DNA of 64,000 bases from an uncultured virus (IMG/VR IMGVR_UViG_3300023117_000015) (taxonomy: Duplodnaviria; Heunggongvirae; Uroviricota; Caudoviricetes). A program made the translations under genes and the position numbers. Numbering within the stretch: the stretch's first letter is position 1; each line of letters begins with the position of its first letter. The stretch lies in IMG/VR virus record IMGVR_UViG_3300023117_000015, one strand, 5' to 3'. The notes beneath the pieces are model-generated. The model was not told the origin of the DNA. It worked only from the letters and a program-made list of their open reading frames with translations, and searched no databases. This document shows, in pieces, positions 58,324 through 64,000 of this stretch.

Positions 58324-59223
58324 CTACTTGTCTTTCATTCCCATAAGTTGAGATAATGTCTTACCTCTTGGAATTTTTTTCATTATCATATCATACAGTT
58401 TTTGTTTGATTGCAGCACCCTGCAACTGACCACCAGGCCCCTTTTTGATATCTTTCAACATAGGTTTGCCTTCTTTTTTCACTGTGGTATATTCAAAGTC
58501 TTTGACTGTGAGATTACCTTTTGCGTTTTTAATAGGATTACCTTGTTGATCCGTATAAAATACTGTATGTTCCTTTCCACCCATAATAACATGAACAGAA
58601 CCATCCATTCCAGATGGCAATCCGCCCTCAATAAAACCAAGTACAGTTTTTGCAGCACCTTCATGAGTCTGTAAAAGAATATCATCTGGCACAACTCTTG
58701 ACCTTGATTTATTTTGTTTCACTGCGACCGAATAATCAGTGAGAACCCAAACTAAATGAATGTCTTTGGGATCATACCCTACAGACAATAGTGAAGGCAA
58801 TACATCTGTTATGTGTCCAACCTTTTTCATTGTAACATCAAAAACGATATTTGGCAAGCGTCCTTTTTCTAAATCTTGTAAAAGTAAGGATATTGTCTTA
58901 TCCTTTAGATTTAATTCTTCTACATGTTTGTGTAGTTTAAATACATCGTCTGGATTACGCAAATCTAAATTAAGTAATTCTGGTTTTGATCTTTTGATTT
59001 CATTTATTTTAAGTAATAGTCTTTTCCATTCATCAACATCTCTTACTTTAAATTTTTCGCCTTGCATAAAATTAGCAAGACTAAATCCTTTACCAGAACC
59101 AGCACCACCAGCTAAAAATACAATTTGATTATATTTTGAACCTTTTCCAACAATAACTTGTTTTTCTTCTAGATATTCTTCTAGTAGCAATTCTTCTCTT
59201 ATATCTACAAAACTCTTAGTCAT
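58324..59223 (-). CDS. P-loop kinase (zeta-toxin/AAA_33-like fold)
   Basis: IVFLAGGAGSGKGF, IVFDVT, A...N..R.RVVP. Confidence 0.65.
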   Translation of the reverse strand: MTKSFVDIREELLLEEYLEEKQVIVGKGSKYNQIVFLAGGAGSGKGFSLANFMQGEKFKVRDVDEWKRLLLKINEIKRSKPELLNLDLRNPDDVFKLHKHVEELNLKDKTISLLLQDLEKGRLPNIVFDVTMKKVGHITDVLPSLLSVGYDPKDIHLVWVLTDYSVAVKQNKSRSRVVPDDILLQTHEGAAKTVLGFIEGGLPSGMDGSVHVIMGGKEHTVFYTDQQGNPIKNAKGNLTVKDFEYTTVKKEGKPMLKDIKKGPGGQLQGAAIKQKLYDMIMKKIPRGKTLSQLMGMKDK

Positions 59224-59660
59224 CAGTTATTTCCGTTCTTAATTTCTTGTATTGCTTCTGCATTCTTATTTATATTTTGATTTTGTCCTAAATCTATCAG
59301 ATGTTGTAATTTTCTGGCCTTTTCTGCATCACTATCAAGATGCAAGTCTTTATTAATTATTTTTTCAAGTTTCAAAAAAGGAATTCTAGAATTTGGGACG
59401 TATCTCCAAGTATATCCCCTGTCACTATAAACACCAAATACAGTTTCCATCGCACCTATTTTTACAATAATTGCCTCTGCACCATCTAATAAAACTTTAT
59501 CGCCTTCGTTAAAGGAGTTGTTCATTTTGAACGTGAACCCCTTAACGAATGCGTCTACAAAATTTTTAACCCAAAGGGCAATAATAAGAGATAAGAGTAC
59601 TCCTATCCATGGCAACAATAGGTTTGTTAAATCCATAGATAAAGAATTTAAATCTGACAT
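59223..59660 (-). CDS. MscS-like small membrane protein (TM plus beta domain)
   Basis: N-terminal TM, then FNEGDKVLLDG..AIIVKIG..T, YVPNS; resembles the MscS middle domain. Confidence 0.55.
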   Translation of the reverse strand: MSDLNSLSMDLTNLLLPWIGVLLSLIIALWVKNFVDAFVKGFTFKMNNSFNEGDKVLLDGAEAIIVKIGAMETVFGVYSDRGYTWRYVPNSRIPFLKLEKIINKDLHLDSDAEKARKLQHLIDLGQNQNINKNAEAIQEIKNGNN

Positions 59661-59682
59661 TTCAACCTCCTAGTGGAGTTGA

Positions 59683-60012
59683 CTATTCCATAGCTACTTG
59701 CTCTTCCCCCATAATATTTTTCATTTCTTCAATACAAAAATCCATATCTTCTATCAAGGGATTTTCAATATTTAATTGCCTGTCAACTGCCGCCTGTATG
59801 TACATATTTATAAAAGATAAATCGTCTGTAATTTTTTTACTACTTACATCAAATCCATGATAACATAAAACATCACATAACATGTATAGTAGCTCATTTG
59901 ATAATTCATTTGAATATTCTATTGTATCTCTATATGCAGAAAATTTTAATCCTTTTGAATTTGCTTCTCTTTTTAATTCAAATAATTCTTTTGCGTTTAT
60001 TAGATTATTCAT
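59683..60012 (-). CDS. Hypothetical protein
   Basis: 109 aa ORF with AGGAG RBS. Confidence 0.7.
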   Translation of the reverse strand: MNNLINAKELFELKREANSKGLKFSAYRDTIEYSNELSNELLYMLCDVLCYHGFDVSSKKITDDLSFINMYIQAAVDRQLNIENPLIEDMDFCIEEMKNIMGEEQVAME

Positions 60013-60027
60013 GACATTCTCCTACAA

Positions 60028-60741
60028 TTAAATTAAACCTTGTTCTGTTTTTTTGATAATATAAGATTTGACCAAATCACTTCTCACAATATCATCTTTA
60101 TTAAATTCAATAAAAGAAAATTGTTCTATTTGTTTAACAATATTGATAAACTTCATGAGTCCCTCTCTTTCATCTGAAAATTCAAAATCACTTTGTCTAA
60201 AATCTCCACAAAAAATAACTCTACAATTATTTCCAATTCTGGTAATAATAGAATCAAGTTCGTGAAAGGTCATATTTTGACATTCATCAATAATAATTAA
60301 AGTATCCTCAAGAGTTATCCCCCTGATATACGAAGTGGTCATAAAATTTACTATGGATTTTTTTCTGAGTAATTCGTAGGCATCTCCTCTCTGAAATAAT
60401 GAGTTAAAGATAGACTTATATGGAGCCTCATAGACTTCTACTTTTTGTTCTTCGGTGCCGGGCAAGAAACCAATATCTCTAGTAGGGACAACGCTTCTTA
60501 CGACTGTTAAATTTTTGTACTGTGGTGGTGGATTCATCAATTCCTGTATTGCTAAATAACAGGCAATATAACTTTTACCTGTACCAGCAAAACCATGTAA
60601 AAATAGATGTTCACCATCATTAAATTTTGTAAAAACTTTTTCTTGTGTATCTGTGATGGGTAATATTGTTTGTAGAGTAAAGTGTGATTCGTTTAGCGCA
60701 AATTTATTATTTTTTCTTTTTTTAGTTTGTGCTCTACTCAT
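60028..60741 (-). CDS. phoH: PhoH-family ATPase
   Basis: G.AGTGKS, RS.VP.RDIGFLPGT..K, IRG.TL, IIDECQN, ITRIG....IFCGD..QSD, DIVRS. Confidence 0.95.
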   Translation of the reverse strand: MSRAQTKKRKNNKFALNESHFTLQTILPITDTQEKVFTKFNDGEHLFLHGFAGTGKSYIACYLAIQELMNPPPQYKNLTVVRSVVPTRDIGFLPGTEEQKVEVYEAPYKSIFNSLFQRGDAYELLRKKSIVNFMTTSYIRGITLEDTLIIIDECQNMTFHELDSIITRIGNNCRVIFCGDFRQSDFEFSDEREGLMKFINIVKQIEQFSFIEFNKDDIVRSDLVKSYIIKKTEQGLI

Positions 60742-60755
60742 TAAGTATGGCTCCT

Positions 60756-61031
60756 TTATAATTGGCTAAGTCTGCCCTCCGTCGTTTTTCCTGGCATCTT
60801 TTTCACCTTATCTAAGACTCCCTCCTTAAAGTCTCTTGGTGGTCTTCTACTATCTGCATTGCCGTGAATGAAGGGGTCTCCAAGTGAGAACGTAGAAAGG
60901 GCCTGTGAGATACAGTTTTCCTCATTACATTTTGGACATGGAGATTGTATCGGAATTTCTCTTTCCGAAAGTTTGCGAATTTCTGTAAAAGAATGTTCGC
61001 ATTTTTTACAGTTGTATGTATAAGTTGGCAT
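60756..61031 (-). CDS. FmdB-family zinc-ribbon protein
   Basis: MPTYTYNCKKCEHSF..CPKC; GAGG RBS before the ATG at 61031. Confidence 0.85.
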   Translation of the reverse strand: MPTYTYNCKKCEHSFTEIRKLSEREIPIQSPCPKCNEENCISQALSTFSLGDPFIHGNADSRRPPRDFKEGVLDKVKKMPGKTTEGRLSQL

Positions 61032-61038
61032 AATAACC

Positions 61039-61812
61039 TCAAATATATTTTTTATATGTTGATAGTTTATGATCGTCAATTAAATCCAATAATGGTCTTT
61101 TCGAAAATAAACTACCAAGTCTCGCTTTCCATCTTTTCTTTATAAAAGTAAATATACTATCTACTTTATAACATTTTTCTTGTTGTTTGTCAACATGATA
61201 TAAATCTCCCATATGAGAATATAGGAATCCAAAAGGAACTGATGGCACAATATCTGCACCACATACATGTCTATATATTTTTGATTGAACATTTTTTTTA
61301 TACTTTTTATTCCCAACTCTTGGTTGGCCGAAAGTATATACCTGACAAATATATTTAGACCTAGCTGCAGCGACTGTGGCAAGGGCGCCACCTAACGAAT
61401 GTCCTGTTAAGTATACCACATCACCATAAGTGTGTAGTAAGTCTATATGGGTTTCTACTGACTTCCATATCTTATCCAATCCTAATTTAAATCCCATATG
61501 GACCAACCCCTGTTTTTCTCCACCAACAGGAATTAGATTAAGATCTGTTATGATATCTTTAGGTTCCTCTGTGCCTCTAAATGCCACAATAATCGAGCCA
61601 GGCGACTTGATTATCATCGCCTCAGTTCCATCTACGTCGAAAAATTTTAATTCTGTTTTGTTGTAATTTTGTAATATATTTCTTACAACTTTTTGATTGT
61701 CTGTCATATACACCAACTCGCATATATTGCAAAGGTGTTTTGCAGTATCTTTGTGATAAAATTCGTGCCTAGGTACAATAGTATTTTTTGAAAAGTATTC
61801 TTGCAATTCCAT
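61039..61812 (-). CDS. Class 3 lipase (alpha/beta hydrolase)
   Basis: IVAFRGTE, VH.GF, TGHSLGGALA, YTFGQPRVGN, DIVP.VP, DH; RBS spacing favours the ATG at 61812. Confidence 0.92.
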   Translation of the reverse strand: MELQEYFSKNTIVPRHEFYHKDTAKHLCNICELVYMTDNQKVVRNILQNYNKTELKFFDVDGTEAMIIKSPGSIIVAFRGTEEPKDIITDLNLIPVGGEKQGLVHMGFKLGLDKIWKSVETHIDLLHTYGDVVYLTGHSLGGALATVAAARSKYICQVYTFGQPRVGNKKYKKNVQSKIYRHVCGADIVPSVPFGFLYSHMGDLYHVDKQQEKCYKVDSIFTFIKKRWKARLGSLFSKRPLLDLIDDHKLSTYKKYI

Positions 61813-61871
61813 GGCCATCTCCGCACAAAGACATAATTCTATTTTTATTTAGTGCGGAAATTTTTTCAAAA

Positions 61872-62183
61872 CTACTGTTTTGGGAAGTTTATTACGTTTT
61901 CTCCAACTGATTTTTTTGTCTCATCAGATTTAACAACAGATAGTAAATCTTGTATCAAAGCATCAAGTTTTTCATCTGGCCATTCTGTGGTTATATTACC
62001 GACACAATCGGAAACTGTAATGAAAGTATCTTCATCATCAAATTCATATTCTGTAAATTCATCATAATCGATGATATCTACTTTACTTTCAATATTTTCT
62101 AATCTTTCGTTCATTTCATCCAACTGTGTGCAGATATTAATTAACGCTTCTTCGATTTTTCTGTATGACATGCGAATCTCCAT
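61872..62183 (-). CDS. Acidic hypothetical protein
   Basis: ORF downstream of an early promoter; the start is probably MSY at 62171; ends NVINFPK. Confidence 0.65.
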   Translation of the reverse strand: MEIRMSYRKIEEALINICTQLDEMNERLENIESKVDIIDYDEFTEYEFDDEDTFITVSDCVGNITTEWPDEKLDALIQDLLSVVKSDETKKSVGENVINFPKQ

Positions 62184-62195
62184 ATAATTAATATT

Positions 62196-62224
62196 AATAT
62201 ATTACATAAATTTTAAAATGTCAA
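62196..62224 (-). promoter_or_regulatory. Sigma70-type early promoter TTGACA-17-TATATT
   Basis: TTGACA ttttaaaatttatgtaa TATATT. Confidence 0.75.
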
Positions 62225-62227
62225 GCC

Positions 62228-62458
62228 TTATTGATAAACCTTTACATTTTTAGGATTGACTAAGACTGGTTTGCAATATGCTGTAGCCCTATGATCTTCT
62301 GGCACATTTCTATAATATTTGTAATTTCCAAATCTTTTTACGATTTCACTAGCAAAATAATTACATCTATTAATATCATAAAAATGCATTGGTGGGTCAT
62401 TTACAGGAGATTTTCCAAGGATTAGAATCAATACAAATAAATGTGTTACTTCCACCAC
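62228..62458 (-). CDS. Small secreted/membrane hypothetical protein with two Cys
   Basis: Hydrophobic N-terminus, F.DINRC.YFA, AYCKP. Confidence 0.65.
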   Translation of the reverse strand: MVEVTHLFVLILILGKSPVNDPPMHFYDINRCNYFASEIVKRFGNYKYYRNVPEDHRATAYCKPVLVNPKNVKVYQ

Positions 62459-62931
62459 CCGGCTCCCAAACCCATGAACCAGACACCACCAACAACTATA
62501 CCAAAAAGACTAAGTACTAATAATATTACAGCACAATTTTCAAAGAAAGCTTGTCTTGCTTCTTGTTGTCTATAGATTGTTTCTTCTCTTTCCTTGCGTA
62601 TTTTTCTACGCAATTCGATCATTTCTTTCCAAGTGCCATATCCAAAACGAATATTGAGCATATCTTGCAATTGTTTCTCTTGTTCTTCCATTTTTTTCTT
62701 ATGAACAAGAATCTCTAGTGCCTCCTGCTCAACAGAACCACTATTAAAAAGCTTTGTAAAAAGTGGAGGATTTTTTCTTTGAGTTTCCGCTCTACTTAAA
62801 TCTGCAGCGGCACCATACCATTTTCCAAGTTGTCCGACAACATCTTCCAACTCTCTACCGGCATGTACTAACTTCTTAACGCCATTAAATGCTGCCGTTG
62901 CAGCTCCTATAGCTGTAATTGGATCTATCAT
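62446..62931 (-). CDS. Coiled-coil protein with a C-terminal TM helix
   Basis: MIDPITAIGAATAAF..G.ELED...LGKW, SVEQEAL, C-terminal hydrophobic helix. Confidence 0.75.
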   Translation of the reverse strand: MIDPITAIGAATAAFNGVKKLVHAGRELEDVVGQLGKWYGAAADLSRAETQRKNPPLFTKLFNSGSVEQEALEILVHKKKMEEQEKQLQDMLNIRFGYGTWKEMIELRRKIRKEREETIYRQQEARQAFFENCAVILLVLSLFGIVVGGVWFMGLGAGWWK

Positions 62932-62957
62932 AAATTTTCCTCTCTCTTCTCGAGGAA

Positions 62958-62965
62958 TATTTATA
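62958..62965 (-). promoter_or_regulatory. T4-type late promoter TATAAATA
   Basis: Exact motif overlapping the terminator U-tract, upstream of 62931. Confidence 0.75.
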
Positions 62966-62995
62966 AAAAGATGCCCTAGAAATTTCTAGGGCATC
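62965..62995 (-). terminator. Rho-independent terminator
   Basis: Perfect palindrome gatgccctagaaa/tttctagggcatc followed by TTTTT on the minus strand. Confidence 0.85.
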
Positions 62996-63034
62996 AAACT
63001 ACTAACCGTAGTAGTCGGCGGATGTGTTAGGGCA

Positions 63035-63298
63035 TCACCCCTTAGTTATTATGCACGATCCATTGAAACAATCTTGAAATAAAAGTGTATCCCCAATATC
63101 CCAACCCATCTGGTTCATTATTTCTATAGGAATAGGCAAAATTAAATTATCATCTTCGTCAGTTTCAAGAGTCACTACAAAACTTGATTTTTTATTTTCT
63201 TCTTTTTCCATCCTCAACATATACTCATGATATCTTTCTTGTTTCAAGTGTTCACCATATTCTTTGATTTGGGCCCTGTCTGTGTTTTTATTAACCAC
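63035..63298 (-). CDS. Hypothetical protein with an AbrB/MazE-like C-terminal domain
   Basis: VTLE......LILPIP.EI..QMGW.IGD.L.F. Confidence 0.55.
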   Translation of the reverse strand: MVNKNTDRAQIKEYGEHLKQERYHEYMLRMEKEENKKSSFVVTLETDEDDNLILPIPIEIMNQMGWDIGDTLLFQDCFNGSCIITKG

Positions 63299-63521
63299 TT
63301 ACATATACTCCTTTTGGGCGATAAAAGTGTTTTTGATTATGTATCTTTCCTTGCAGTTCTCTAATAACTTTAATCTCTGCCTCTATTGCATCTACACTTG
63401 ATTGTTTTTCAACTAACGCAATTCTTTTATTTAGTCTACCAAGTCTATATGATAGTGCATGTTCAATCCAATGAATATCATCAACATCAAAAGACCATCC
63501 ATCAATTTTCGGTTTATTCAT
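63291..63521 (-). CDS. Hypothetical phage protein
   Basis: V.DI..IE.AL..I.ELQGKIHNQK.FYRPK..YVSG; overlaps its neighbours. Confidence 0.7.
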   Translation of the reverse strand: MNKPKIDGWSFDVDDIHWIEHALSYRLGRLNKRIALVEKQSSVDAIEAEIKVIRELQGKIHNQKHFYRPKGVYVSG

Positions 63522-63777
63522 TTATCAACCTACTCCATTTTTTAAGTTTGTTTCTTTTGCATTCAATTCTTTCTTCACATTCGACCCAACTAAACATATC
63601 CCATTCATGAGCGAGATTAATCATAGCCATCACATCTCCAAGTTCATCTTTAAATTCTTTTCTATCATAGTCGCCTTTGCGAATACATTTAGAACACTCT
63701 TGGATTAATTCACCACATTCTTCCATAAGAATGATTAGTAACTCATCTCTTTCGTCTTTGAATTGTTTGATATTCAC
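63514..63777 (-). CDS. MazG-like nucleotide pyrophosphohydrolase
   Basis: ILMEECGELIQECSK..R, ELGDV.AMI, K..KLKKWS. Confidence 0.7.
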   Translation of the reverse strand: MNIKQFKDERDELLIILMEECGELIQECSKCIRKGDYDRKEFKDELGDVMAMINLAHEWDMFSWVECEERIECKRNKLKKWSRLINE

Positions 63778-63959
63778 TTTAACCCCAAGTCCATCTGAAC
63801 AAGAATCATCGTATCATCAACTTTTACTGCAACATACGTGTTTGATTGTTGAACACCTAATTGCTTATAATCTTGGTTCCCACCTTCATACAAACGAATG
63901 TTTCCATCTGTGTCTGTGTACCATTCTGGTTTACTTCTTCTATCCATCAATATCTCCAT
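63774..63959 (-). CDS. Hypothetical protein
   Basis: Short ORF directly after the tRNA, overlapping the next start. Confidence 0.5.
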   Translation of the reverse strand: MEILMDRRSKPEWYTDTDGNIRLYEGGNQDYKQLGVQQSNTYVAVKVDDTMILVQMDLGLK

Positions 63960-63962
63960 TAT

Positions 63963-64000
63963 TGGTCGGAGTGGCAGGATTCGAACCTACGACCCCTTGT
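63963..64000 (-). tRNA. tRNA 3' half with encoded CCA, probably tRNA-Pro (anticodon outside the window)
   Basis: Minus strand ..GGGGTC-GTAGG-TTCGAAT-CCTGC-CACTCCG-A-CCA: T-arm, with G72/A73 typical of bacterial tRNA-Pro. Confidence 0.85.

Noticed and set aside
54406..60760. Pho boxes upstream of the transporter or phoH
   Set aside because: No convincing 11-bp-spaced CTGTCAT-like direct repeats seen
1..64000. Stop-codon recoding, introns or inteins
   Set aside because: Core genes are full length under the standard code, coding density is near complete, and no intron, homing endonuclease or intein motifs were recognised

Overview
The window is an AT-rich, very densely coding segment of a large T4-like (myovirus) phage genome, probably marine and probably not a cyanophage. 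It has three blocks. (1) Positions 1-46.4 kb are a minus-strand late structural operon: gp48, gp53, a gp27-like hub, two gp5 spike genes, gp25, gp6, gp7, gp8, a VrlC/DUF4815-like giant protein, fibre proteins, a four-member paralogous family of large virion proteins, two 14-aa-repeat proteins and a PAAR-amidase fusion. (2) Positions 46.4-52.2 kb are a plus-strand block: gp4, gp2, gp54, gp26, gp51, a tape-measure-like gene and small membrane proteins. (3) Positions 52.4-64 kb are a minus-strand replication/accessory block: gp32, a PiT-like transporter, gp59, gp33, SleB-like hydrolase, exonuclease, P-loop kinase, MscS-like, PhoH, FmdB, lipase, MazG-like, and the 3' half of a tRNA-Pro. T4 late promoters (TATAAATA) and sigma70-type promoters are visible. 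The main leads are a T6SS-style modular spike (two gp5/VgrG-like genes plus a PAAR carrying a peptidoglycan amidase), a candidate -1 ribosomal frameshift fusing gp26 to gp51, a scaffold-plus-insert paralog family with nested domains, and RBS-sequestering hairpins on envelope-damaging genes. All family assignments come from motif recognition by eye; no database searches were run.
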